Assembly (NCBI RefSeq): GCF_000017845.1 | Contig: NC_010546.1 | Span: 930,001 to 962,000 of the forward strand | Direction: 5' to 3' | DNA: 32,000 nucleotides | From: Crocosphaera subtropica ATCC 51142 | GTDB lineage: Bacteria > Cyanobacteriota > Cyanobacteriia > Cyanobacteriales > Microcystaceae | Part shown: piece by piece, positions 1 to 10,050 of the stretch | How positions within the stretch are numbered: position 1 is the first letter of the stretch | Layout of the letters: every line of letters begins with the position of its first letter | Made by a program: the position numbers and the translations under genes | The notes under the pieces: generated by a model | Databases searched by the model: none | The model's input: the letters and a program-made list of their open reading frames with translations, nothing else | What the model was told of the DNA's origin: nothing

Positions 1-851
1 TCATCATCGGGAGGAAGCCGTTTCTTAGCGTCGGTTTTGCCAAATAAACCCACCGTATAGGTTCCCACGGCCACCCCTAATTGTAACGGGGGACTATCGG
101 TAGAGATCATTAAATTTGCCCCGGCAATCATGGCAGCTAATTTGCCAATATCTCCAGGTTTGGTCACCTTTAAATCAGAACAACTACTCAATAAAGGATT
201 GATCCAAGCCTCATCTCCACTACCCTGTAATAACACAATGGATAATGAGGGCTGTTTTTCTTGAATTCTATTGATAATATTACTCCACTGAGGCACCGGA
301 TAGGACTCACTTGCCCCTCCATAGATCAAGATATAACCACTTTCGTCGAGTAATAAGCGTTTTTGTTCAGCTTCGGCCCAAGGGATATCGTCTTTTGGTA
401 AAGCTATTTTCAGAGAAGGACAAGGGGATTGAATTCCTAGTCCTTGCATCAAGTCATGGTACATCTGGGCTGTATACTGTTCTGTTTTTTGGGGAACAGG
501 GTTAGAAATAAACCAAGAAGATTGACTTCCATAACCAACCGTCAAAGGAATGCCATTCAACCACAATAATAAGCTGATGCTCCAGCGTTTCTCTAAGGTT
601 AAGGCTATATCATACTCACGATCGCGGATTATCCCTAATAAGTTTAAATAATCAGCTAATCCATTACGATCTTGATAGTCGAATAAGAGAACTTCGTGAA
701 CCTGAGGACACACTCGATACGCAGCCTTTGCACGGGGTTCAACCAGGACATCAATAATAGCATTAGGATATTGAATTTTGAGGTCTTCTAGGGTCGGAAA
801 AAATAAAATTTGTTCGCTTATCCCCCCAGGAACCAGGGCTAATATTCGCAT
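1..851 (-). CDS. glycosyltransferase family 9 protein (heptosyltransferase-like); C-terminus runs off the window start
   Basis: My own minus-strand translation from ATG at 851-849 gives MRILALVPGGISEQILFFPTLEDLKIQYPNAIIDVLVEPRAKAAYRVCPQVHEVLLFDYQDRNGLADYLNLLGIIRDREYDIAL... The frame was open wherever I spot-checked it, down to base 3 (..RLPPDD). It is probably absent from the ORF track because it has no stop inside the window. Confidence 0.7.
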   Translation of the reverse strand, partial: MRILALVPGGISEQILFFPTLEDLKIQYPNAIIDVLVEPRAKAAYRVCPQVHEVLLFDYQDRNGLADYLNLLGIIRDREYDIALTLEKRWSISLLLWLNGIPLTVGYGSQSSWFISNPVPQKTEQYTAQMYHDLMQGLGIQSPCPSLKIALPKDDIPWAEAEQKRLLLDESGYILIYGGASESYPVPQWSNIINRIQEKQPSLSIVLLQGSGDEAWINPLLSSCSDLKVTKPGDIGKLAAMIAGANLMISTDSPPLQLGVAVGTYTVGLFGKTDAKKRLPPDD

Positions 852-979
852 AGTTTCGATGTTTAAATGGGTAGAAAGTGGGCTTAGTTACAGCACATCA
901 GCTTAATTTTAAGGGAAGAGTCCCGGAAATTGCTTTAATGTTCAGAATTAATTATGAACTACAGATAACGGGTCAGTGA

Positions 980-1168
980 TCACTGTTCTATCACTTCAAA
1001 GTCTGACTCCTCTAGAGATAATATAATTGATTCAGGTTGGTGATTAAGGGGATTTTGTTCTAATCTGACCAACCACCGTCCATTGCTTTCTTGAGCTTCG
1101 ATAAGCCCTTCCATTCCCCTAGCATAGTCAGGGTAAATGACACGCACGACCATTCCAATGCGGATCAT
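980..1168 (-). CDS. small conserved hypothetical protein (62 aa)
   Basis: ATG-initiated ORF in the track with no overlapping gene. No motif I can name. Confidence 0.4.
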   Translation of the reverse strand: MIRIGMVVRVIYPDYARGMEGLIEAQESNGRWLVRLEQNPLNHQPESIILSLEESDFEVIEQ

Positions 1169-1407
1169 AATAATACGTTTCTTTACAAAAAAATAGGTAA
1201 ATTTAAAGTTAACTTTAGGTTAAGTTTAGATTAAAACAGAGAACTCTACAATAGAGATGTGGAAAAGAGAACAAAGAAGGAAAAATATACTCAGAAGCAA
1301 CAAATATAACTTTTTTTATTCCATTTGTCCTGATCATCGAAGTCAAGTCAGATGTTGACCCAAAGGCTAAACTTTAGCCAAGGCCAAGGTATCATAGGCA
1401 AGAAGGC

Positions 1408-3327
1408 ATGGTTTGTTCTGAAAAATTAGGATTTTTAATGACTCTTTTTGATACGTTTGAGCCTATGGCAGCGATCGCTACTACGCCCCAGGCTATCCAA
1501 TTATTACATCCTCTCTGTCATTCGTTCGAGGGAACCTTATATATTCCGAAGACTATCTCTTTAATCGATACAACCACCTGTCATTATCAAGGTTCTCTGA
1601 AAGCCCATTTAGCAACAATTTGGTCAAAAAATCAGGCTTTCGTTTTTTGTTTAGCTACTGGTGCGGTTATTCGTCTGATTGCTCCATTATTGAACAATAA
1701 AGCCTCTGATCCAGCTATTATTGTGATTGATCCTCTGGGTCAATACGTCATTAGCTTATGCAGTGGTCATCAAGGAGGAGCCGATCATTTAGCCCAACTC
1801 ATCGCCCATCATCTCGATGCTACCCCCATTATTACAGGTGCATCCCATAATCTTAATTTACCGGCAATTGATGTTTTAGGCTTACCGTTTGGTTGGCGTA
1901 AAGGACTCGGAAATTGGACAGGGGTAAGCCATGCGATCGCTTCTCAAAAAACAGTTCAAGTGATACAAGAAACGGGTTCTAAGCTTTGGCAAGAGAATTT
2001 ACCTCAAAATCATCCTTTTTACTTTGGATTCGGTGAAATTAGCGAAAATACACAACCAGCAGCCCGTGTCTGGATCAGTGCAACCCATCGCAAATTTGCT
2101 GAAACGTCTACCCTTCCTAAAGTGCAGTGGTATCCTAGGGTCTTATGGGTGGGTTTAGGGTGTATTCGGGGAACGTCTCAGGGGTTCATTGCATCTGCCA
2201 TTGAAGCCGTTTGTCAGCAGTATCATTTAGCGGAAGAAGCGATCGCCGGAATTGCAACAATCGATATTAAAGCAGATGAAGTGGGAATTGTTCAATATTG
2301 CCAAGAGAAACAGTATCCTTTATTAACTTATTCTGCTGATATTTTAAATACTATCAATGTTCCTCATCCTTCTGAGGTAGTTAAGCAAGAAGTGGGAACC
2401 CCTAGTGTAGCTGAAGCAGCAGCGATTTATGGGGCAAATTATTGGTTTGATTATATAGGGAACAGGGAAAAAACTCACTTAGAAAAGTCTCTTTTAGTAA
2501 CAAAAGAAATCATTAAATCTGAGACGGAAGCGGTTACAATTGCTATTGCTCAAAGTGAGTTGGACTATATAGGAAAAACGGGTAAAATTTATTTAGTAGG
2601 AATTGGACCAGGAAGTTTAGATCAGATTACTCCTGGTGCAAAAACGGCTATTAATCAAGCAGATGCTATTATTGGTTATTCTTTATATTTAGACTTAATT
2701 AAACCGTTACAGCGTCCTGGTCAAATTGTTGAATCTTTACCCATTACCAAAGAGAAAAAAAGAGCGCAAAGAGCTATTGAATTAGCTAAATGGGGCTTAA
2801 CAGTTGCTGTCATTTCATCGGGAGATTGTGGAATTTATGGCATGGCTGGATTAGTGTTAGAAGAATTAAAAAATACTAATTGGGATGGGAATAATCCCAA
2901 TGTTGAGGTATTTCCAGGAATTACAGCGTTACAAGCAGCAGCAGCAAGGGTGGGAACCCCATTAATGCACGATTTTTGTGCCATTAGTTTGAGTGATTTA
3001 TTAACCCCTTGGGAGGTGATACAAAAGCGATTAACCGCAGCAGCAATAGGGGACTTTGTAACAGCCCTTTATAATCCGCGATCGCAAACTCGTCAAACTC
3101 AAATTATTGAAGCACAAAGCATTTTTTTAAAGCATCGTAAGTCTCATACGCCTGTTGCTTTAGTTCGCTGTGCTTATCGTCAAGACGAAAACATCATATT
3201 GACAAATTTAGGGGAACTTTTGCATCATAAAATTGATATGTTAACAACTGTTTTAATTGGCAATGATAGCACTTTTTTTCATGAAAATTGGATGATTACT
3301 CCAAGGGGATATAATACAATTAGTTAA
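1408..3327 (+). CDS. cobJ: bifunctional cobalt-precorrin-5A hydrolase (CbiG) / precorrin-3B C17-methyltransferase (CobJ/CbiH)
   Basis: 639-aa ORF. The N-terminal two thirds look CbiG-like. The C-terminal third is tetrapyrrole-methylase-like (KIYLVGIGPGSLDQITPGA, VAVISSGDCGIYGMAG, ALYNPRS). The true start may be an internal Met (MAAIATTPQ...). Confidence 0.85.
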   Translation: MVCSEKLGFLMTLFDTFEPMAAIATTPQAIQLLHPLCHSFEGTLYIPKTISLIDTTTCHYQGSLKAHLATIWSKNQAFVFCLATGAVIRLIAPLLNNKASDPAIIVIDPLGQYVISLCSGHQGGADHLAQLIAHHLDATPIITGASHNLNLPAIDVLGLPFGWRKGLGNWTGVSHAIASQKTVQVIQETGSKLWQENLPQNHPFYFGFGEISENTQPAARVWISATHRKFAETSTLPKVQWYPRVLWVGLGCIRGTSQGFIASAIEAVCQQYHLAEEAIAGIATIDIKADEVGIVQYCQEKQYPLLTYSADILNTINVPHPSEVVKQEVGTPSVAEAAAIYGANYWFDYIGNREKTHLEKSLLVTKEIIKSETEAVTIAIAQSELDYIGKTGKIYLVGIGPGSLDQITPGAKTAINQADAIIGYSLYLDLIKPLQRPGQIVESLPITKEKKRAQRAIELAKWGLTVAVISSGDCGIYGMAGLVLEELKNTNWDGNNPNVEVFPGITALQAAAARVGTPLMHDFCAISLSDLLTPWEVIQKRLTAAAIGDFVTALYNPRSQTRQTQIIEAQSIFLKHRKSHTPVALVRCAYRQDENIILTNLGELLHHKIDMLTTVLIGNDSTFFHENWMITPRGYNTIS

Positions 3328-3333
3328 GCCAGA

Positions 3334-3362
3334 TAGTAGAATGAGCATTGCTCATCCTACTA
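3334..3362. terminator. bidirectional hairpin between convergent cobJ and serS
   Basis: tagtagaatgagc-att-gctcatcctacta forms a 13-bp stem with one mismatch and a 3-nt loop. It sits exactly between the two stop codons. Confidence 0.6.
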
Positions 3363-3366
3363 CAAA

Positions 3367-4668
<1,302 letters not shown>

Positions 4669-4759
4669 CTATAGATTCCCTTTGTTAGAATAACTGATTA
4701 TGTCTGCATTAATCTAGAATTTTCTACCGAACTTCATTAATTTTATCTATTTTCTGATT

Positions 4760-5185
4760 ATGAGTTACACAATTATTGAACAATTTAATGCTGCTCAAAT
4801 TGAGGATTTATATGAACTTTATCAACTGTCTTGGTGGGGAAATGAGCGAGAAATTCCAGATATTAAAATTATGTTAGAAAACTCAGATATTAGTTTAGGT
4901 ATTTGTGAAAAAGAAAGCAAAAAATTAGTCGGGTTTACTCGTATTTTAACTGACTATATTTATCGTGCTGTTATTTGGGATGTTATGGTAGCACCGAACC
5001 ATCAAAAACAAGGATTAGGGAGTCAATTAATCAAAGAGATTTTAAATCATTCTAAACTCAAAAATGTAGAAACATTTATGTTAGTTTGTTTACCTGAGAT
5101 GATTCCTTTTTATGAAAAATTGGGCTTTAGCAATCATGATGGGAAATATAAATTTATGACGTTTGATGGTACGCTTAGTTATTAA
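4760..5185 (+). CDS. GNAT family N-acetyltransferase
   Basis: 141 aa with the acetyl-CoA-binding motif VAPNHQKQGLGSQLI (Q/RxxGxG). Confidence 0.8.
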   Translation: MSYTIIEQFNAAQIEDLYELYQLSWWGNEREIPDIKIMLENSDISLGICEKESKKLVGFTRILTDYIYRAVIWDVMVAPNHQKQGLGSQLIKEILNHSKLKNVETFMLVCLPEMIPFYEKLGFSNHDGKYKFMTFDGTLSY

Positions 5186-5530
5186 ACATAAGCAACTTGT
5201 CGATAGTTAAAGCAAGATGAGGTGTATCATTTTCATCAACATTTTGACAAAGAGAATAAGCAGTTTGCCAATTTTGAGATGAAATACGTTCTTCTTTATA
5301 TAAATTAATTCTCTTGATTAATATTTTATAAGCTTCCATCAGTTCATTATCTGAAAGCTGGCTAAGTTTCAAGATTTTTTTTTATATTTAAAAATTTCCA
5401 CTAACATTTGTTCATTAGCAAAAAAATTATAATTAGAAAAGACAATAATTTGCGAAAATCTAGAATTTCTTCGGAGAAGAGCAGAAAAAACAATATTACT
5501 ATCAATAATAATTGGTTTATGATTAGACAC
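5175..5530 (-). pseudogene. PIN-domain toxin gene, frameshifted at an A9 run and apparently C-terminally truncated
   Basis: Translation from GTG at 5530 gives VSNHKPIIIDSNIVFSALLRRNSRFSQIIVFSNYNFFANEQMLVEIFKYKKKS*. The -1 frame continues as (I)LKLSQLSDNELMEAY...VDENDTPHLALTIDKLLMFNN*, which is track ORF 5175..5372. The junction is T9 at 5375-5383 (A9 on the coding strand). IIIDSN carries the first PIN acidic residue. The usual C-terminal TGD segment is missing. Confidence 0.65.
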
Positions 5531-5538
5531 AGTTGATT

Positions 5539-5838
5539 TTATTCTTTAATATATTTGGATTTTAATGATTCCCAAACGGCTGCATCTACTTCATCAGCTA
5601 GTTCATTAACCATTGTTTCAGTTACTTCACTTTTACTTTGAATTAAGTCTAATGTCAGGTAATCAGAAAGATTATTTAAAGTTTCTTTGTTAATCGATTG
5701 TTCACTTGAGTTATGAATGAATTTTATTTTAACACTGATGCCTTGCTCTTGGATATCTATACGATAACTAAGGTTAGAATAACCAAGGTGTTTGACTAAA
5801 AACATAATAATTCGAAAGGTTAATACTGATAGCTTCAA
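5539..5838 (-). CDS. hypothetical protein, candidate antitoxin partner of the PIN gene
   Basis: ORF ends 8 nt upstream of the PIN GTG on the same strand. The start is uncertain: the track uses TTG at 5838, which abuts the IS end, and an internal ATG (MFLVKH...) is possible. No recognisable family. Confidence 0.4.
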   Translation of the reverse strand: MKLSVLTFRIIMFLVKHLGYSNLSYRIDIQEQGISVKIKFIHNSSEQSINKETLNNLSDYLTLDLIQSKSEVTETMVNELADEVDAAVWESLKSKYIKE

Positions 5839-5840
5839 TG

Positions 5841-6985
5841 TATAGCGTTTCTAAATGAGTCGTGAATAAAAAAAGCTCTGTTTAGGTAAAATTAAAAGAG
5901 TAATTTCAAAAAGAAACAAACTCATGATAATAGACAATAAGGAGAAAATTGAGCTAATTAAAGAGTTTCTTGAAAATTCATCAAACGGGAGAGAGACTCA
6001 AAGAGCTTTAGCGGTAAAGTTAGTGCTAGAAGGCTATCGTTATGAAAGAGTCTCAGAAATTTTATCTGTGTCACTAGGATTTATTAGTAAATGGGTTAAT
6101 GCTTTTAATTTTGGGGGTATAAATGGTTTAAAATAAGGATACAAAGGAAGTAAAAGTTACTTAACAAATCAAGAACGTACCGAGATAATTGAGTGGCTAA
6201 TTGAACAAAAAACCTGGGATATTTCTGAACTAGAAGTTTATCTAATTGAGAAATATGATGTGGTTTATCAATCTCTTCAAAGTTATTATAAGATTTTAAA
6301 AGAGGCGAAAATTTCTTGGCAAAAGGGGCAACAAATTAATCCTAGATATCATGAAGAAGTCACTCAAAAAAAAACCAAGAAATAGCGCAAATTCTGGAAA
6401 ATAGACGAGAGGAAATAGATTCAGGAAAGCTGATAGTGTATATAGTTGATGAATGTCATCTTCACTGGGAGGATATTTGCGGATATCTATGGAACTTAAT
6501 AAAAGAACCCTTAAAAATTCCTCTTTTAAATCCTAAAGAAAGACAGACATATTATGGGGCATTAAATTTATTAACTCAAGAATTTATTTTGCTTCCTTAT
6601 CAAAAAGGAAATGGAAAAAACACGGTAGATTTTGTCCAACAATTACAGAAAAAAAATCCCGAAGCTAAAACCTTATGGATTTGGGATGGAGCCAGTTATC
6701 ATAGAGGAAAAGAAATGCAAAAGTTTTTAGCTAGAGAAAATCAAGATTTGTCACCAGAAGAATGGCGAGTAACCTGTTGTCTTTTTGCTCCTTATTCCCC
6801 TCAAGAAAATCCCGTAGAAGCAATTTGGTTACAACTCAAAACTTTACTGAGAAGATTTTATAGATTTGGGAAAAATTTTAAAATTGTTAAACGTCTTTTT
6901 CAACTTTTTGTTGAGTTGAAACTATTCAATCTTCCTAATTTTAAAAACTACGAGGCTTTTTCACGATTCAGTTAGACTAGCTATA
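5841..6985 (+). mobile_element. IS630-family insertion sequence (about 1145 bp) with imperfect terminal inverted repeats and TA at both ends
   Basis: Left end tatagcgtttctaaatgagtcgtgaa. Reverse complement of right end tatagctagtctaactgaatcgtgaa. About 21 of the first 26 positions match. TA is the outermost dinucleotide on both sides, as expected for an IS630/Tc1 TA target duplication. The interior encodes an HTH plus a DDE transposase. Confidence 0.85.
5924..6975 (+). pseudogene. IS630-family transposase, interrupted by an in-frame TAA (6134-6136) and a -1 frame change at an A9 run (6366-6374)
   Basis: Segment 1 is an HTH (..RALAVKLVLEGYRYERVSEILSVSLGFISKWVNAF..GLK*). The same frame continues after the stop as GYKGSKSYLTNQERTEIIEWL...HEEVTQKKTKK*. 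The -1 frame then gives ..NQEIAQILENRREEIDSGKLIVYIVDECH...WIWDGASYH...PYSPQENPVE (DDE-type residues). Confidence 0.8.
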
Positions 6986-7196
6986 TTATTCAATCTATTG
7001 AAAATGCTTAATGTATGAGTCATAAAAGTTTTTCTGTATTATAAAGTTTGTAAAGTTTAAGTTTTTTTGTTAAAAAATTTTTTACGGTTATATTGCTATG
7101 TTAGAACAATAATTAGGATAGGATAAATCTTGTACTGTTAAAGATATATCATTTAACCTCAAATTCCGTTATCATCTCAATTTTAACCCGAAATTT

Positions 7197-8588
7197 ATGA
7201 CGAATCTTGCTGAGTATAAAAACATTTTGACTGATTTAATCGCTAAAAACTGCGATCGCGTTGACTATTTAGCCATTCGCCTCGAAACCTCCCAAGGAAC
7301 CAGCATCATGCTACGAGGAGACAAAATAGACACCCTCAGCGAAGGTATATCCACCGGTGGACAAGTACGCGCTTGTTACAAGGGAGGATGGGGGTTTGCT
7401 ACTTTTAACCAATTATCCACCTTACCCCAACGCATTGAAGAAGCCATCGCCTCAGCTAAAATTATCGGGGATGATGAGACGATTTTAGCCGACATTGCAC
7501 CTATCCAAACCCGTTGTCATTTACCTTTAACGGGACGAGATCCCAGACAAGTTCCCTTGGCCGAAAAAAAAGCCCTGTGTGACCACTACAACGCCATTCT
7601 ACGGGGATTAAACGAGCAAATCACCACCACCGTAGTGCGCTACGGAGACAGCAATCAGAGCATTATTTTAGCCACCTCAGAAGGAACGTTGATCGAACAA
7701 TCTTGGGCCGATCTCGAAATGCGTTTTTCGGCCACTGCCAGAAACGGAGACATGGTACAAACGGGACGAGAAACCACCGGATCACGGCGTGGTTATGATG
7801 ATCTTTTGGGACTGGATGAACAGGTGGAAGGGGCGGCCAAACGTGCCGTCAATGCCTTAGTTTTGCCCCCCGTTAAAGGCGATCGCTATACCATAGTGAT
7901 CGACCCCATTTTAACGGGTTTGTTCGTTCATGAGGCATTTGGCCACCTCTCAGAAGCGGATATGTTATACGAGAATCCTGATTTGTTGGAGGTGATGAGT
8001 TTCGGGCGAAAATTTGGTCCAGATACCCTACAAATTTTTGACGGGGCAGCCCCAGAAGGTCATCGAGGTAGTTACTATTATGATGATGAGGGCGTACCCG
8101 CAACCACGACCCAATTGATCAAAGATGGTGTCATGGTAGGGCGTTTGCATTCCCGTGAAACCGCCGGAAAATTAGAGGAAAAACCCACAGGAAATGCTCG
8201 CTGTTTAAATTATCATTATCCTCCTTTAGTTCGCATGACAAATACATGGATTGAACGAGGAAATACGCCAGTTAAGGATTTATTTTCAGGAATAAAAGAA
8301 GGGGTTTATGCTAAAAATTGGTTAGGGGGAATGACTAACGGTGAGATGTTTACCTTTAGTGCCGGTGAAGCTTGGATGATAAGAAATGGAGAAATTTGTG
8401 AACCGGTAAGAGACGTTACTTTATCGGGGAATGTGTTTAAAACTTTAGCAAATATTGAAGGGATAGGAGATGATTTTTATTGGGATGAATCAGGGGGTTG
8501 TGGTAAAGGGGGACAAAGTGGTTTAGCTGTGGGTTGTGGGGGACCTAGTTTAAGAATTAAAGATGTTGTAATTGGGGGAGAAGCTTAA
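7197..8588 (+). CDS. tldD: TldD family metalloprotease
   Basis: 463 aa with the HEAFGH (HExxxH) motif and a Gly-rich C-terminus (GGCGKGGQSGLAVGCGGP) typical of TldD/PmbA. Confidence 0.85.
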   Translation: MTNLAEYKNILTDLIAKNCDRVDYLAIRLETSQGTSIMLRGDKIDTLSEGISTGGQVRACYKGGWGFATFNQLSTLPQRIEEAIASAKIIGDDETILADIAPIQTRCHLPLTGRDPRQVPLAEKKALCDHYNAILRGLNEQITTTVVRYGDSNQSIILATSEGTLIEQSWADLEMRFSATARNGDMVQTGRETTGSRRGYDDLLGLDEQVEGAAKRAVNALVLPPVKGDRYTIVIDPILTGLFVHEAFGHLSEADMLYENPDLLEVMSFGRKFGPDTLQIFDGAAPEGHRGSYYYDDEGVPATTTQLIKDGVMVGRLHSRETAGKLEEKPTGNARCLNYHYPPLVRMTNTWIERGNTPVKDLFSGIKEGVYAKNWLGGMTNGEMFTFSAGEAWMIRNGEICEPVRDVTLSGNVFKTLANIEGIGDDFYWDESGGCGKGGQSGLAVGCGGPSLRIKDVVIGGEA

Positions 8589-8745
8589 ACAGTTATCAGT
8601 TAATATCTTTAATTGTCATTCCGAGATAACGAGGAATCTCATTAATTCCCTTACATAAATTTGTAGTGCTATATATAGAGGTGTTGTTAAATTATCGAAG
8701 AATTCTGGGCATATTATCAATACATTCTATATTGGCTTAGTAATC

Positions 8746-9654
8746 ATGCTCATTTACTTTATTCACGGGGTAGCTACTAGAAACGCAAATTATGCTAAGG
8801 ATTTAATTAAACTTATTCAAGAAAGATGTAAATTACTAAATTATGAATTGCCTCATTTTCATGCAGGTTTTTGGGGTGATGTTCTCAAAGGAACTGATAA
8901 ACTATGGCGAGATATCGATCAAGAACTACATAATCAGAAACAACGAGATAGTCAGTTTTGTCCTGAACAAGCGTTACGTTATCAGGAGTTTAGAAAAGAA
9001 TATTTTTCCTATTTTATTGGGGATACATTTAGTTATTTAAGTTCTGACAGAGGGAAAGAAATTCGTAAAAAACTTGCTAATCAATTGAGAGATTTTGTTA
9101 ACCATCATCCTGAAGAAAAAGAATTACATATTGTTGCTCATTCATTAGGCACAGTGATCCTGTGGGATGTTTTATTTTCTGATCGCTTTTCTCCCTCTGA
9201 TTCCGTGCATAGTATTCGTTCTTTAATTGGGAAAAAATATGGAAAAATCTCTCTTTCTGGTGTAACCACAATGGGATCTCCTATCCCATTTCTTAATTTA
9301 ACTTTAGGAATAGACGAAAAGCAAATACAAGACTTTTTAGAAGAGTATCAGGGTAACTCTTCTACCTGGAATAACATTATTAATTCTTACGATATTATTG
9401 CCTATCCTATTGGTTCCTTATTTACAAAATTAGATAAGTCTTCAAAAATTACTGTTAAAGATTGTTATATTAAAACGAATCATGATCTTTGGGATTTGGT
9501 AGAAAAAGTATCTGTTGTCTTTAATTCAGTTCCTGCTCATAATGATTATTTCCAGTCTGATGAAGTTGCTAAAATTATTGTTGATAATATAACAGAAAAT
9601 AAACAGATCGATTTCTTGATTAATTTTTATAAATCTTCTATTAGTAAAAAATGA
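8746..9654 (+). CDS. alpha/beta-hydrolase-like protein (putative esterase/lipase), function unknown
   Basis: 302 aa. It has a nucleophile elbow VAHSLGT (GxSxG-like), a candidate Asp (NSYDIIAYP) and a candidate His (PAHNDYF). Codon use is AT-rich. Confidence 0.5.
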   Translation: MLIYFIHGVATRNANYAKDLIKLIQERCKLLNYELPHFHAGFWGDVLKGTDKLWRDIDQELHNQKQRDSQFCPEQALRYQEFRKEYFSYFIGDTFSYLSSDRGKEIRKKLANQLRDFVNHHPEEKELHIVAHSLGTVILWDVLFSDRFSPSDSVHSIRSLIGKKYGKISLSGVTTMGSPIPFLNLTLGIDEKQIQDFLEEYQGNSSTWNNIINSYDIIAYPIGSLFTKLDKSSKITVKDCYIKTNHDLWDLVEKVSVVFNSVPAHNDYFQSDEVAKIIVDNITENKQIDFLINFYKSSISKK

Positions 9655-9705
9655 TATTATATTCAGAATTTGTTATCATTGCCTATCCTATATTGTACAT
9701 TTCAA

Positions 9706-9984
9706 TTAATCCTTATCTAATTCTTGATCCATCTCCTTTAAAATATCATCTAATGTTAAATCTTGAAACATTGCTTCTCGTTCTTCCGTATAATTCCCAT
9801 AACCCGAATCTTTTTCTAAATTAAGAAAGACTTCCCATGCTTTTTCCTCATCAGTACGTCTTGTCTCTTCTTGAGATTCTCTGACTTGTTTATTTTCTAA
9901 GAATTCAACAAAATTTAAGACTTCTTGTTTTAAACTTGAAGGAAGTTTTTGAATTTTTTGAGTAATGAATTGTTCAATAGACAT
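9706..9984 (-). CDS. DUF2281-like small protein (antitoxin-like N-terminus)
   Basis: 92 aa. The N-terminus IQKLPSSLKQEVLNFVEFLENKQ matches the DUF2281-type pattern. The C-terminal half is acidic. Confidence 0.45.
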   Translation of the reverse strand: MSIEQFITQKIQKLPSSLKQEVLNFVEFLENKQVRESQEETRRTDEEKAWEVFLNLEKDSGYGNYTEEREAMFQDLTLDDILKEMDQELDKD

Positions 9985-10050
9985 AGCTTTTCAAGCAATT
10001 ATCAATCTTTTTTATCTAAATTTTACTATAATTTAGAGTTGTTGCCCACC

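Noticed and set aside
311-505. Track ORF 311..505 (+).
   Set aside because: It lies inside, and antisense to, the GT9 glycosyltransferase reading frame. It has no motif support.
5836-7023. The candidate antitoxin ORF may have been split by the IS. Removing the IS plus one TA joins ATG 7023 (MTHTLSIFNRLNNT) in frame to LKLSVLTF...
   Set aside because: The frame does match (42 nt, 14 codons, no stop). However, a 14-codon open stretch with one ATG is not statistically compelling, and an internal ATG (MFLVKH) could be the real start. I note it only as a possibility that an empty-site homologue could test.
7873-8103. Antisense or overlapping track ORFs within well-supported genes: 7873..8103, 8843..9040, 9949..10143, 13436..13690, 14255..14605, 15542..15727, 16255..16482, 17741..17992, 24611..24820, 25097..25423 and 27143..27328.
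   Set aside because: Each is nested in or opposite a longer ORF with clear family motifs. None has its own recognisable signature or intergenic space.
8612-8640. Hairpin cattccgagataacgaggaatc downstream of tldD as a terminator or repeat.
   Set aside because: Only a 5-bp stem (attcc/ggaat) can form, and no T-run follows. It may be a degenerate copy of a common repeat, but the evidence is too weak.
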